Shown: piece by piece, positions 47,753 through 58,149 of the stretch | Layout: every line of letters starts with the position of its first letter | How positions within the stretch are numbered: position 1 is the stretch's first letter | Assembly (NCBI GenBank): GCA_963816185.1 | Contig: CAWFJJ010000024.1 | Span: forward strand, 352,001-416,000 | DNA length: 64,000 bases | Source of the DNA: Thermoanaerobaculia bacterium | GTDB taxonomy: Bacteria > Acidobacteriota > Thermoanaerobaculia > UBA5066 | Direction of reading: 5' to 3' | Program-made: the position numbers and the translations under genes | The notes under the pieces: generated by a model | What the model was told of the DNA's origin: nothing | What the model saw: the letters and a program-made list of their open reading frames with translations, nothing else | Databases searched by the model: none

Positions 47753-48964
47753 GCCTCTCTTCACCCCTCCGACCCACGCACGCCGTCGTCGACCTCGACG
47801 CGCTCGCGTCGAACTACCGGGCGATCATGCGCGCGCTGCCCAAGGGCTGCGTGCTGATGCCCGTCGTCAAGGCGGACGCGTACGGCCATGGAGCCGGGCA
47901 CGTCGCGCGCCGCCTCGCGGAGGAGGGCGCGCCGATCTTCGCGGTCGCCGTCGTCGAGGAGGGACTCGAGCTGCGGCGCGCGGGCATCACGCAGCCGATC
48001 CTCGTCATGGGCTGGATCGGAGGAGATCAGATTGGCTCCCTCGTAAAGGGTGGTCTCACGCCCAATGTCCATTCGATGGAACAGGGTGAGGAATTGAAGA
48101 ACTTCCTAGAAGGGGAAGAGGGGAGAGGGGCGTCGCGCTTGCCCTTGCCCGTTCATCTGAAGCTCGACACGGGGATGACGCGGCTCGGGGTGCTTCCGTC
48201 CGACTTGCCGCGAGTTCTCGACCTTCTCGACGAATCGAAGGGGCGCATTTTCTTAGAAGGTGTATTTCAGAACTTCGCCTCGGCGGACGATCCCGGCGGT
48301 GCACAAACCGAGGCGCAGATCAGGATTTTCTTAGAAGGTCTAAAGGCAATTCGCGCGCGCGGGTCACCGGCCTTCCATCATCCACACCGACAACAGCGCG
48401 GCGACGCTGGCGCGGCTGGCTAATTCACCTTCTAAGAAATCTCTCTTCGAGGTCACTCATGTCCGCCCCGGCCTGGCTCTTTACGCACGGGTCCCCGGGC
48501 TCTCTTCCGAAGCAAATGATTCTCTCTCGGACGTCATGTCGTTCGTCTCCGTCGTCGACCAGGTGAAGACCGTCCCGCCCGGGACGCGCGTGGGTTACGG
48601 CGGGACGTTCGTCGCGGGGCGGACCACGACGCTCGCCATCGTCCCGGCCGGATTCGCGGACGGCGTGCCGCGGCATCTCTCCGGGCGCGGGCACGTCCTG
48701 ATCGGGGGCCGCCGCTGCCCGATCGCCGGGCGCGTCTCGATGGACCTCACGGCCGTCGACGTGACGGACCTTCCCGCACGGCCCGCGCGGAACGAAGAGG
48801 TGGTCTTCTTCGGACGCCAGGGAGGCGCCCGGCTTGGCGTCGACGAGGTGGCTGCGGCCGCGGGAACGGTCTCCTGGGAGCTCCTGTGCGGCGTCGGCCC
48901 GCGCGTGCCACGTATCATCGTGTCCGGAGGCCGGATCGTGGCACGGGAGACGAAATTCCTGTGA
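47749..48964 (+). CDS. alr: Alanine racemase; apparent +1 frameshift at GGG 48361-48363; start approximate
   Basis: VVKADAYGHG, HLKLDTGMTRLG; after removing one G the frame continues HTDNSAA, VRPGLALY, VGYGG, GFADG, GRVSMD. Confidence 0.9.
48103..48438. repeat. Cluster of four TTC(T/C)WAGAA motifs inside alr
   Basis: TTCCTAGAAGG 48103, TTCTTAGAAGG 48250 and 48328, CCTTCTAAGAA 48428. Confidence 0.75.
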
Positions 48965-49731
48965 GCGCTGTACTCGAGTTCCTCGGACGTGGCGTTCTGG
49001 GCGTCCTGGAGGGGGTCGGGCGCTTCTTCCAGCTGCTCGGAATGACGCTGCGCGGCCTCGTGGCACCCCCGTGGACACCCTCTGCGACCGCCCGGCAGGT
49101 CGTGCGCGTCGGCGTCGACTCCGTGCCGGTCGTGCTTCTGACCGCGTTCTTCACGGGCGGCGTTCTCGCCCTCCAGACGTTCAAGGGCTTCCAGCGCTTC
49201 CACGCCGAGGGCTACATCGGATCCGTCGTGGCGCTGTCGATGCTGCGTGAGCTCGGACCCGTTCTGACCGGGCTCATGGTGACGGGGCGCGCGGGCAGCG
49301 CGATGGCCGCCGAGCTCGGCTCGATGCGCGTGACCGAGCAGATCGACGCGCTCGTAGCTCTCGCGACCGACCCGGTGCAATACCTGTTCGTGCCGCGCGT
49401 CCTCGCGGCGATCATCGTGCTGCCGATGCTCGTCGTCCTCGCGGACGCGGTCGGCATCCTCGGCGGCTATCTCGTGGCCGTGTCGTACCTCGGCGCGAAC
49501 CCGGTCGTCTACGTCAACAACACATTCCAGTACCTCGACATGGAGGACCTGACATCGGGCCTCATCAAGTCCGCGGTCTTCGGGTTCCTCCTCGCTCTCG
49601 TGGGCTGCCAATGCGGGTTCGACACGAAGGGCGGGGCGGAGGGCGTGGGCCGGTCGACGACGACCGCGGTCGTCATGGGCTCTCTCACGATTCTCATCGC
49701 CGACTTCTTCCTGACGAAGGTGCTCTTTTGA
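48961..49731 (+). CDS. mlaE: Mla/Mce ABC transporter permease
   Basis: RELGPVLTGLMVTGRAGSAMAAELGSMRVTEQIDAL, GGAEGVGRSTT. Confidence 0.93.
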   Translation: MSAVLEFLGRGVLGVLEGVGRFFQLLGMTLRGLVAPPWTPSATARQVVRVGVDSVPVVLLTAFFTGGVLALQTFKGFQRFHAEGYIGSVVALSMLRELGPVLTGLMVTGRAGSAMAAELGSMRVTEQIDALVALATDPVQYLFVPRVLAAIIVLPMLVVLADAVGILGGYLVAVSYLGANPVVYVNNTFQYLDMEDLTSGLIKSAVFGFLLALVGCQCGFDTKGGAEGVGRSTTTAVVMGSLTILIADFFLTKVLF

Positions 49732-50555
49732 GCGCGTCCGCCGAGGCCCCCGCGATCCGGCTCAAGGGAGTCTCGAAGAGCTTCGGAGAAAAGAAAGTCC
49801 TCATCGGCCTCGATCTCGAGGTGAAGAAGGGCGAGTCGCTCGTCCTCCTCGGACAGTCGGGGATCGGCAAGAGCGTTCTCTTGAAGCACGTCATCGGCCT
49901 CCTGAAGCCCGACTCCGGCACCGTCGAGATCGACGGAGTGGACCTGTGGGCCGCTCCCCCGCGCGAGCGCGACGCGCTCCGCCGCAAGTTCGGCATGTCG
50001 TTCCAGGAAGGGGCGCTCTTCGACTCCATGAGCGTCGGCGAAAACATCGCGTTTCCGCTCACGCGGCACACGAAGAAGTCGAAGAAGGAGATCGCCGAAC
50101 GGGTCGCCGAGTGCCTCGAGCTCGTGCGTCTGCCCGGCATCGAGGACAAGCGCCCTTCCGAGCTCTCGGGAGGGATGAAGCGCCGCGTGGGATTCGCGCG
50201 CGCGATCGCCCTTCAGCCGCAGGCCCTGCTCTTCGACGAGCCCACCACCGGCCTCGACCCGATCACGACGGACGTCGTCGTGAAGGTCATCTCGGAGATG
50301 CGTTCGCGGCTCAAGCCGTCGGCGATCACGATCACGCACGATCTCAGGGTCGCGTTCACGATCGCGGACCGCGTCGGGCTCCTGTCCGGAGGCAAGATCT
50401 ACGTCGACATGACCCCGAAGGAGTTCGAGCAATCGAAGGACAAGCGCGTCGCGGCCTTCGTGACCGGCAACAGCGAGCTCGCGCCTCCGGAGGCCGAGCC
50501 CGAGAGCCGCTCGGAGAAGGGACGGCGGGAAAAGGGCGGGGAAGCGCACGTATGA
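49728..50555 (+). CDS. mlaF: Mla/Mce ABC transporter ATPase
   Basis: GQSGIGKS, FQEGALFDSM, PSELSGGMKRRV, DEPTTGLDP, ITHD. Confidence 0.92.
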   Translation: MSASAEAPAIRLKGVSKSFGEKKVLIGLDLEVKKGESLVLLGQSGIGKSVLLKHVIGLLKPDSGTVEIDGVDLWAAPPRERDALRRKFGMSFQEGALFDSMSVGENIAFPLTRHTKKSKKEIAERVAECLELVRLPGIEDKRPSELSGGMKRRVGFARAIALQPQALLFDEPTTGLDPITTDVVVKVISEMRSRLKPSAITITHDLRVAFTIADRVGLLSGGKIYVDMTPKEFEQSKDKRVAAFVTGNSELAPPEAEPESRSEKGRREKGGEAHV

Positions 50556-50565
50556 TGGACGCGCC

Positions 50566-52005
50566 ATGACGACCACCGCGAAAATCGGGGCGTTCTTCGT
50601 CGTCGTTCTCGTCGCCCTTGCGATCCTCATCCTGAAGATCGAGGACATCCACATCGGGAAGAAGAAGCGCACGAACACGGCTGACGCGCACTTCAAGGAC
50701 GTCGCGGGCCTCGACGACAAGTCGGCGGTGCGACTCGCCGGGGTGCGGGTCGGCAAGGTGGACAAGATCACTCTGCGGCCGGACGGCACCGCGGTCGTGC
50801 ACCTCGAACTCGACAAGGGCGTCGAGCTGCACGAAGGCGCGACCGCGCAGATTCGGGCCCTCGGCCTCCTCGGCGACAAGTACGTCGAGCTCGCGCCGGG
50901 GGACCTGTCCGCCCCACGCCTCCCAAACGGCGCCCTGCTCGAGGGGGTGTCGGGCACCGGCTTCGACGACATCACGAAGATGGCCGCGGACATCGGGAAG
51001 GACCTCAAGGAGGTCTCGGGCGCGCTCGCGAACTCCCTCGGCGGGCAGAGAGGCGAGGAGAGGCTCAATCGGATCGTCGACAACCTCGGCCGCCTCGCCG
51101 AGTCCCTGCGCGAGCTCGCCGATGCGAACCGAGGCAACGTCGACGCCATCGTCGCGAACCTGAAGCTGCTGTCGGCGCAGCTTCTCGAGACCACCGCGCG
51201 GGTAGACCGGATGCTCGACGAGAACCGGGCGGGCGTGAAGACGGCGGTCTCGAACGCGGACGACATCACGGCGAAGCTCAAAACGACCGCCGACACCCTG
51301 AACTCCATCACGGGCAAGATCGACACGGGGCAGGGCACGATCGGAAAGCTCCTGAACGACGACGAGACGCACAAGAACATCAACGACGCGCTCAAGTCGG
51401 TGAAGGAGGGCGTCGAGCAGCTCTCGGGAACCCTCGGGCGCATCAACCGCCTGCAGCTCGACATCGGATTCCGCGCGGAGTACGCGTCGCGGCTCCGCGA
51501 CAACAAGTACTACTTCACCCTTGACGCCATCCCCCGGGAGGGGAAGTTCTACCGGCTCGAGATCGGCTCGCTTCCCCACGGCAAGCGGGAGGACATCCTC
51601 GAGAATTCCACGGTGACCTTCCCGGACGGCAGTCAGCAGACGATCAATACCACCGGGCAGCGCTACATCGACCAGTTCGTCCTGTCGGCTCAGCTCGGCT
51701 ACAAGCTGAGCAACACGATTCTGCGCGCCGGAATTATCGAGTCGCGCGGCGGCGCCGCGATCGAACAGACTTTCAGGGGCGACACCTTCCGCATTGCGGG
51801 CGAGATCTGGGACTTCACGAGGCCGGACCTGAACGGGCATCTCAAGCTCTACACCCGCTGGAACGCGAGCCCGAACCTCTACGTGACGGGCGGCGTGGAC
51901 GACCTCCTGAATCCGGGACTGAGGTCGCCGTTCCTCGGCGCGGGCATCCGCTGGAAGGACGAAGACCTCAAGGCCCTGCTCGGCAGCATCCCGATCCCGA
52001 AGTAG
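50566..52005 (+). CDS. mlaD: MCE/MlaD protein with long helical region and C-terminal beta-strand-rich domain
   Basis: N-terminal TM; GLDDKSAVRLAGVRVGKV, GLLGDKYVELAPG; GQGTIGKLLND; aromatic beta strands at the C-terminus. Confidence 0.88.
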   Translation: MTTTAKIGAFFVVVLVALAILILKIEDIHIGKKKRTNTADAHFKDVAGLDDKSAVRLAGVRVGKVDKITLRPDGTAVVHLELDKGVELHEGATAQIRALGLLGDKYVELAPGDLSAPRLPNGALLEGVSGTGFDDITKMAADIGKDLKEVSGALANSLGGQRGEERLNRIVDNLGRLAESLRELADANRGNVDAIVANLKLLSAQLLETTARVDRMLDENRAGVKTAVSNADDITAKLKTTADTLNSITGKIDTGQGTIGKLLNDDETHKNINDALKSVKEGVEQLSGTLGRINRLQLDIGFRAEYASRLRDNKYYFTLDAIPREGKFYRLEIGSLPHGKREDILENSTVTFPDGSQQTINTTGQRYIDQFVLSAQLGYKLSNTILRAGIIESRGGAAIEQTFRGDTFRIAGEIWDFTRPDLNGHLKLYTRWNASPNLYVTGGVDDLLNPGLRSPFLGAGIRWKDEDLKALLGSIPIPK

Positions 52006-52007
52006 CC

Positions 52008-53366
52008 GTGGTTCGAAAAGCCGCGACGGTCTTCTCGTGCACGGCCTGCGGGGCCCAGAGCCCGCAGTGGATGGGACGCTGCCCGGAGTGCGGGGCGTGG
52101 AGCACGCTCGTGGAGGAACGCGCGGCCGAGGCGCCTCCTCGCGGCGGAGCGATCGTGCCGTCCGGCTCCATGCCGGTCCGGCTGTCCGACGTGACGGCCG
52201 CGGCGGTCCCGCGCATCCCGACGGGCATCGGCGACATGGACCGCGTCCTGGGCGGCGGCCTCGTCCCGGGCTCGGTCGTCCTCGTGGGTGGAGAGCCGGG
52301 TATCGGCAAGTCCACGCTTCTGCTGCAGGTCGCCACCCGCCTCGCCGAACGAGTGGGGTCCGTCCTCTACGTCAGCGCGGAGGAGTCCGCGCGGCAGGTG
52401 AAAATGCGGGCCGATCGGCTCGGAGCCTCGGCGCCGGCACTGTTCCTGCTTCCCGAGACGTCTCTCGAGGCGATTCTCGAGGCGGCGAAGGCCGGAACGT
52501 TCGGGGCGATCGTCGTGGACTCGATCCAGACGATCGCCTCTGCGGACGCGCCCGCCGCCGCGGGCTCGGTCACGCAGGTGCGCGCCTGCGCGGGCCGCCT
52601 CCTGGCGCTCGCGAAGACGACCGGTGTGCCGGTCTTCCTCATCGGCCACGTCACGAAGGACGGGACGCTCGCGGGCCCGAAGACGCTCGAGCACCTCGTG
52701 GACGCGGTCCTGTCGTTCGAAGGCGAACGATTTCACGCGCACCGAGTCGTGCGCGCTCTGAAGAACCGGTTCGGCCCCGTGCACGAGCTGGGGCTCTTCG
52801 AGATGACGGGAGCCGGCCTCGTCGAGGTCGCGAACCCGTCCGCGCTCTACCTCGGCAGCGGCGCCGGAGGGCGGCCCGGCTCGGTGGTCCTCGCGGGCGT
52901 GGAGGGGACGCGGCCGCTGCTCCTGGAAGTCCAGGCCCTCACGGTCGAGGCGAAGTACGGAAGCCCGCGGCGCACCGCGATCGGGTTCGACGGCACGCGC
53001 CTCGCGCTCCTTCTTGCGGTTCTGGAGAGGCACGGCGGATTGTCGCTCTCCTCGCACGACGTGTTCCTGAACGTGGCAGGCGGTGCCGAGAGCGCCGAGC
53101 CGGCTGCCGACCTCGCCGTCTGCTCTGCCGTCGCGGGCAGCTTCCGCGGTCGGGCGCTGCCTCCGTTGACCGCCGTCTTCGGCGAAGTGGGCCTTCTCGG
53201 CGAGGTGCGGGCGGTGTCCGACGCTTCCCTGAGATTGAAGGAAGCCGTCTCGCTCGGCTTTCGCTCCGTTTTCGTTCCGGCGGGAAACGCCGCGGAGGCG
53301 GCGGCGTTCCCGGACCTCTCGGTCACGCCCCTCCGGAGCGTCGAGGAGCTGCTGGGGAGGACGTGA
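52008..53366 (+). CDS. radA: DNA repair protein RadA/Sms
   Basis: CTACG...WMGRCPECGAW, GGEPGIGKSTL, DSIQT, KNRFG, GEVGLLGEVR. Confidence 0.96.
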   Translation: MVRKAATVFSCTACGAQSPQWMGRCPECGAWSTLVEERAAEAPPRGGAIVPSGSMPVRLSDVTAAAVPRIPTGIGDMDRVLGGGLVPGSVVLVGGEPGIGKSTLLLQVATRLAERVGSVLYVSAEESARQVKMRADRLGASAPALFLLPETSLEAILEAAKAGTFGAIVVDSIQTIASADAPAAAGSVTQVRACAGRLLALAKTTGVPVFLIGHVTKDGTLAGPKTLEHLVDAVLSFEGERFHAHRVVRALKNRFGPVHELGLFEMTGAGLVEVANPSALYLGSGAGGRPGSVVLAGVEGTRPLLLEVQALTVEAKYGSPRRTAIGFDGTRLALLLAVLERHGGLSLSSHDVFLNVAGGAESAEPAADLAVCSAVAGSFRGRALPPLTAVFGEVGLLGEVRAVSDASLRLKEAVSLGFRSVFVPAGNAAEAAAFPDLSVTPLRSVEELLGRT

Positions 53367-53532
53367 CCTTCAGAAGTCGGTTACCGTGCGTTCAGATCAG
53401 GCGGTTCCCACGGGGTCAGCCGGTCCCGGCATCCTGACCGCGGTGTAGGGGTGCAGCGGCATCATGGACAAATCTTCAAGTCTCGCGTAACAGGATGTGC
53501 GCTCATTTACTGATCGATGCAGGAGGCTTTCA

Positions 53533-55521
53533 ATGAAGGGCATGCTCGGTCTCATTCTGCCTGTGGCTCTCCTTCCGGGCTCCGCCCTCGCCTCGTCCCC
53601 CGTGGACGCCCTTTCTGACGTACCTCAGAGCTGGTCGGCCCCGCCGTACTGGTCTGCGCCGGCGATCTCGCAGGGGGAGCAAAGCGGGCGCAGCGCACTC
53701 GCTTCGGGGCGGGACACCCTCGTGACCAGCCCTGTCCCCCTGCCCTTCGTCGCCTTGACGCCCTGCCGCTTGGTTGACACTCGCGGGCTTGTCGCGGCGT
53801 TGCCGGGTGACGGGTTCCTGCCGGCCGCCGTCGTCCGCAGTTACACGCTCGTCGGCGCCTGCAACGTGCCGGCGAACGCGCAGGCGATCTCTCTCAATGC
53901 CACCGTTACGAACCCCACAGGCCCTGGCTTCCTCGTCCTCTGGGCGAAAGGCGGCACCATCCCGCACGTCTCCACTCTCAACTACGTCGCGGGTCAGACG
54001 CTCGCGAACGCCGCCGTCGTTCCGCTGAGCTCCGACGGAAGCATCTCGCTCGTCCTGGGCGTCTCGGGAGGCGATGTCATCCTGGACACGAACGGCTACT
54101 ACGCGGCAACGCCGAGCGTCGCGAGTCTCAACGCGCTGACGGGTGACGTTCTTTTGCGGGCCGGCACGAACGTGACGATCACGCCCGGAAACGGCACGCT
54201 GTCGATCGACGCGGCGGGCGCGACGGGCCCTCAGGGTCCCACTGGTCCGACGGGCGCCACGGGTCCTCAAGGTCCGGCCGGCGCCACCGGCGCGACGGGT
54301 CCAACGGGCTCTCAGGGTCCGATCGGCCTGACCGGCGCCACGGGTCCTCAAGGCCCGACCGGCCCCCCCGGAGGCGGGGCGCCGTCCGGCTCGATGGTGC
54401 TCGGTGCACCGGGCGACACCACGCTGATCGGGGCAGGCTATACCGAGATCGCTCCCTGCCGCTTCGATTACTGGACCCCGACGGCTTCAACGGGCGCGCC
54501 GTTGGCACGCCACTTCCAAACGGCGATCTGGACCGGCACGAAGATGATCGTTTGGGGCGGGTGGAACGGCGACTACCTGAACGACGGCGGCCAGTACGAT
54601 CCGGTCGCGAACGCCTGGACGGCGACGCGACTGAAGAACGCACCTTCTGGACGCTACGGCCACACGGCGGTCTGGACCGGCTCGCAGATGATCGTCTGGG
54701 GCGGGTACGGCGGCTCTTTCCTGAACGACGGCGGCGAGTACGACCCTGCCGCGGACACCTGGACCGCGACGGCGGCAACGGGCGCGCCGGCGGAGCGCTA
54801 CACCCACACGGCGGTCTGGACGGGCTCGAAGATGATTGTCTGGGGCGGGGAAAACGGCAGCGCTGTCTTAAACACTGGCGGCCAGTTCGACCCGGTCGAC
54901 AGAGGCTGGACCCCAACGACGACAACGGGCGCTCCTTCGGTGCGCGCCGTCCACACGGCGATCTGGACCGGCTCGAGGATGATTGTCTGGGGCGGGTACT
55001 TCCCGGGCGTCGTGTACGGCGGCTCTTTCCTGAACGACGGCGGCCGATACGACCCGATCGCGGACACCTGGGCTACGACGAACACTTCGGGCGCGCCGTC
55101 GGCACGCTACGCCCACACGGCGGTCTGGACCGGCTCCGCGATGATCGTCTGGGGCGGATGGAACGGCAGCGCTTTTTTGAACGACGGCGGCGTGTACGAT
55201 CTGGCCGCGGACACTTGGACAGCGACGACGACGGCCCCGCTTTCGGCTCGCACTTATCACACGGCGGTCTGGACCGGCTCGAGGATGATCATTTGGGGCG
55301 GGTCAAGCCCCGGCCCCGCTTACGATAACGACGGCGGCTCGTACGACCCGGTCGCGAAAAACTGGACGCCAGCGACGACGGCGGTGGGCCCTTCGGGGCG
55401 CAACCGCCACACGGCGGTCTGGACCGGCTCCAGGATGATCGTCTGGGGGGGTGCGGGCGCCGCGGGCTACCTTAACGACGGCGGTCAGTGGGCTGGCGTG
55501 TCGCTCTACGTGAAGAACTGA
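53533..55521 (+). CDS. Secreted protein: N-terminal beta domain, collagen-like linker and seven Kelch-like repeats
   Basis: AGGAGG RBS; signal peptide; TPCRLVDTR...SLNATVT...STLNY...ANAAVV; (GXY)n; 7x TA(V/I)WTG.xMI(V/I)WGG. Confidence 0.85.
   Translation: MKGMLGLILPVALLPGSALASSPVDALSDVPQSWSAPPYWSAPAISQGEQSGRSALASGRDTLVTSPVPLPFVALTPCRLVDTRGLVAALPGDGFLPAAVVRSYTLVGACNVPANAQAISLNATVTNPTGPGFLVLWAKGGTIPHVSTLNYVAGQTLANAAVVPLSSDGSISLVLGVSGGDVILDTNGYYAATPSVASLNALTGDVLLRAGTNVTITPGNGTLSIDAAGATGPQGPTGPTGATGPQGPAGATGATGPTGSQGPIGLTGATGPQGPTGPPGGGAPSGSMVLGAPGDTTLIGAGYTEIAPCRFDYWTPTASTGAPLARHFQTAIWTGTKMIVWGGWNGDYLNDGGQYDPVANAWTATRLKNAPSGRYGHTAVWTGSQMIVWGGYGGSFLNDGGEYDPAADTWTATAATGAPAERYTHTAVWTGSKMIVWGGENGSAVLNTGGQFDPVDRGWTPTTTTGAPSVRAVHTAIWTGSRMIVWGGYFPGVVYGGSFLNDGGRYDPIADTWATTNTSGAPSARYAHTAVWTGSAMIVWGGWNGSAFLNDGGVYDLAADTWTATTTAPLSARTYHTAVWTGSRMIIWGGSSPGPAYDNDGGSYDPVAKNWTPATTAVGPSGRNRHTAVWTGSRMIVWGGAGAAGYLNDGGQWAGVSLYVKN
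54217..54372 (+). repeat. Collagen-like Gly-X-Y repeat
   Basis: [52 protein letters not shown]. Confidence 0.9.
54505..55490 (+). repeat. Seven ~150-bp Kelch-encoding tandem repeats
   Basis: Recurring acggcggtctggaccggctc...atgatcgtctggggcgg...aacgacggcggc. Confidence 0.88.
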
Positions 55522-55527
55522 GAGGAG

Positions 55528-56340
55528 ATGTCGCTCGCTCTCGCGCTGGCCCTTCTCCTCGCGGCGCCGCCGCTGTCCTTTTCAGAGCGCGTGGACGGGG
55601 CGCGAGCGATCGAGCGGGCCCGGTACGCCTTCGTCATCGGCGCGACGAAGCCGTTCGACGACGTGTACCCGCGTTCGGTCTTCGAGAAGAAGGTAAAGCG
55701 CGAGCTGGCCGAGGAGCGTGTCCTCTCGAGCCAGTTCGGAATGCAGGTGACCGCTGAGGTGCTTTCGGCCGAGTACGACCGGATCGAGAAGGAGACCCGC
55801 GCCCCAGACCAGTGGGAGGCTATCCAGAAGGCGCTCGGAGGTTCCCGCCGAGAGATCGAGGAAGTCCTCTGCCGGCCGCTCCTCGTGGACCGCGCCCTCA
55901 GGGCCCGGTTCGCCTTCGACCAGAGGATCCACGAGGCGGAGCAAAAAAAAGCACGCGAGGCGCGCGAGGTGTTCCTCGCGGGAAGGACGCCGAAGGGCTC
56001 GAGCATGATCCGGCTCTCGCGAAAGGCGGAGCCGGGAGTGACAGACGAGCTGCTCGAAAAGGCGCGGAGCGAAGCCCCGGGCCCGAAGATCCTTTCGCCG
56101 GACGAACCGGTGAAGAAGAGCGATGCTCTCGTCCCCATCGATCCCGAGGTGGCGAACGTCCTCGAGAAAGAGCTGAAGACGAAGGGGGACGTTTCGACGA
56201 TCCTGGAGGAGCGAAACCGTTTCTCAGTCTTCCGTCTCGTGGCGTCGGATGCCGGCGAATGGCTTGTCGAGGCCGTCCAGATTCCGAAGCGCGACTTCGA
56301 CCGCTGGCTCGACGCCGCGGTGAGAATCCCGAGTCCCTAG
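55528..56340 (+). CDS. Secreted hypothetical protein, SurA/parvulin-scaffold-like helical domain
   Basis: GAGGAG RBS; signal peptide; LSFSERV..ARAIER, EYDRIEKETRAP, EVLCRPLLVDR, GDVSTILEE, PKRDFDRW. Confidence 0.65.
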   Translation: MSLALALALLLAAPPLSFSERVDGARAIERARYAFVIGATKPFDDVYPRSVFEKKVKRELAEERVLSSQFGMQVTAEVLSAEYDRIEKETRAPDQWEAIQKALGGSRREIEEVLCRPLLVDRALRARFAFDQRIHEAEQKKAREAREVFLAGRTPKGSSMIRLSRKAEPGVTDELLEKARSEAPGPKILSPDEPVKKSDALVPIDPEVANVLEKELKTKGDVSTILEERNRFSVFRLVASDAGEWLVEAVQIPKRDFDRWLDAAVRIPSP

Positions 56341-56342
56341 GT

Positions 56343-56540
56343 TCAGACCGGACGCCCGCCGAGCAGCCGCGCCGGGAGGAAGAGCAGCGCCTTGAGGAAC
56401 GCGAAGACGCCGCCGACGGCGATCCCGACGAGCTTGAAGGGAAGCAGGATCAGCCAGACGAACGGAAAGGCGACGAGCGCGATCAGGGCGACGGGCCAGC
56501 ACAGGATGAAGAGGATGACCCAGAGGAGGAACTTCACCAT
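56343..56540 (-). CDS. Small hydrophobic membrane protein (65 aa)
   Basis: GGAGG RBS; MVKFLLWVILFILCWPVALIALVAFPFVWLILLPFKLVGI. Confidence 0.75.
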   Translation of the reverse strand: MVKFLLWVILFILCWPVALIALVAFPFVWLILLPFKLVGIAVGGVFAFLKALLFLPARLLGGRPV

Positions 56541-56655
56541 AGGCGGCCTCCGGCGATGATACGGGGTGGCCCCGATGCGGGTTCTCGAGCGCTGATCCTG
56601 TTGCATCATGGTCGGGGGGCATGGCACGTGTGAACGTGTCGCCAGGGAGAGGCCG

Positions 56656-57177
56656 ATGACGAAGCAGCTGGACTTTACGAAGCTCGATCTCATGGACGCG
56701 CTCGATCTCGCCATCCTCATCGAGCAGGAGGCCATGGAGCGTTACGAAGAGCTGACGGCCGTGATGCGCGAGCATCGCACCGAGGAGGCCGCGTCCTTCT
56801 TTCACTTCATGGCGAAGGCCGAGGCGAAGCACGGCGCCGACCTGCTCATTCAGCGGACGAAGCTCTTCGGAAAGACCGCGCGCCGCATCGAGCGCGCGCT
56901 CCTCTGGGACGTCGAGGCACCCGGCTACGAGACCGTCCACGATTTCATGACTCTGCGCGAGGCCTTGAAAGTGGCGATGGACGCCGAGGTGAAGGCGTAC
57001 CACTATTTCAACGAGGCCCTGAAGCTCCCGCTGGCGCCCCCGGTGAAGAAGCTCTTCGAAGAGCTTCGGCAGGAGGAGATTGCCCACCAGGACATGGTCA
57101 AGAGGGAGTTCGCGAAGGCTCCACCGGAGGAAGGCGCCAACCCCGAGGACTTCGCCGACGAGCCGGTGGCCCAGTAG
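56656..57177 (+). CDS. Ferritin-like / rubrerythrin-family di-iron protein
   Basis: AILIEQEAMERY, MAKAEAKH, AMDAEVKAYHY, LRQEEIAH (paired ExxH motifs). Confidence 0.88.
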   Translation: MTKQLDFTKLDLMDALDLAILIEQEAMERYEELTAVMREHRTEEAASFFHFMAKAEAKHGADLLIQRTKLFGKTARRIERALLWDVEAPGYETVHDFMTLREALKVAMDAEVKAYHYFNEALKLPLAPPVKKLFEELRQEEIAHQDMVKREFAKAPPEEGANPEDFADEPVAQ

Positions 57178-57181
57178 GGTC

Positions 57182-58078
57182 TCAGCCCTCGAACGTCGTT
57201 CCGGTCAGCTTCTCGAACGCCTCGACATAACGCGCGCGCGTGCCTTTGACGACGTCGGGGGGCAGGACGGGCGCCGGGGGCGTCTTGTTCCAGCCTGTCC
57301 TCTCGAGGAAGTCGCGCACGAACTGCTTGTCGAAGGACGGCGGCGAGCTTCCGCTCTTCCACGTGCCCTTCGGCCAGAAGCGCGAGGAGTCTGGGGTGAG
57401 CGCTTCGTCGATCCAGACGACCCCGCCCGCTTCGTCGAGGCCGAACTCGAACTTCGTATCGGCGACGAGGATGCCGCGCGACTCCGCGTAGGCCGCGGCT
57501 CCACGGTAGAGCGCGAGCGTGAGGTCGCGGAGGCGGCCCGCGAGGGCCGCACCCACGGCGGCCGCCACCGCCGAATACGGGACGTTCTCGTCGTGGCCCG
57601 TCTCGGCCTTCGTCGCCGGCGTGAAGATGGGCTCGGGGAGGCGGTCGGCCTCCTTCAGCCCGGCGGGCAGCCGCTGGCCGCAGACGGCGCCGCTCTTCCG
57701 ATAGTCCTTCCAGCCCGAGCCGGCGAGGTACCCGCGGGCGACGCACTCGAAAGGCACGACGCGGCACTTCTTCGCGAGCACGGCGCGCCCGGCGAGAAGA
57801 GAGCGCGAGGAGGCGAGAGGCTCGGGGAAGCGGGCGGCATCGGTCTCGAGGAGGTGGTTCGGGACGACGTCCGCGAATTTCCGAAACCAGAAATTCGAGA
57901 GCCTGGTCAGGATCTTTCCTTTCTCGGGAATTCCGGGGCTGAGGACGGCGTCGAAGGCGGAGATGCGGTCCGTCGCGACGAGGAGGACGCGGTCTTCGAG
58001 GTCGTACACGTCGCGCACCTTGCCGCGGCGCGGAGGCGGCAGGCCCGGCAGGAGGGTTTCGAGGACGGCATCGGCCAT
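57182..58078 (-). CDS. purC: SAICAR synthetase
   Basis: GKVRDVY, ATDRISAFD, ECVARGYLAGSGW, TPATKA, ADTKFEFG, TPDSSRFW, DKQFVRD. Confidence 0.96.
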   Translation of the reverse strand: MADAVLETLLPGLPPPRRGKVRDVYDLEDRVLLVATDRISAFDAVLSPGIPEKGKILTRLSNFWFRKFADVVPNHLLETDAARFPEPLASSRSLLAGRAVLAKKCRVVPFECVARGYLAGSGWKDYRKSGAVCGQRLPAGLKEADRLPEPIFTPATKAETGHDENVPYSAVAAAVGAALAGRLRDLTLALYRGAAAYAESRGILVADTKFEFGLDEAGGVVWIDEALTPDSSRFWPKGTWKSGSSPPSFDKQFVRDFLERTGWNKTPPAPVLPPDVVKGTRARYVEAFEKLTGTTFEG

Positions 58079-58149
58079 CGCGCGATTGTAGGGCACGCGC
58101 CGCGCTAGACTTCGCTCGCTTCCGGCCTTAGGCCCAATCGGAGGTTCTG

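Noticed and set aside
47749-48964. alr as a true pseudogene or programmed frameshift
   Set aside because: A single extra G in a short run, both halves intact, and no slippery heptamer; a sequencing error is more likely, though unverified.
54217-54372. Collagen repeat as a prophage tail fibre
   Set aside because: The host protein has a signal peptide and no phage genes flank it.
33650-55490. Regular ~150-bp repeats as CRISPR or DGR template/variable repeats
   Set aside because: They are in-frame protein repeats (BTRD1-like, Kelch); no unique spacers, cas genes or reverse transcriptase in the window.
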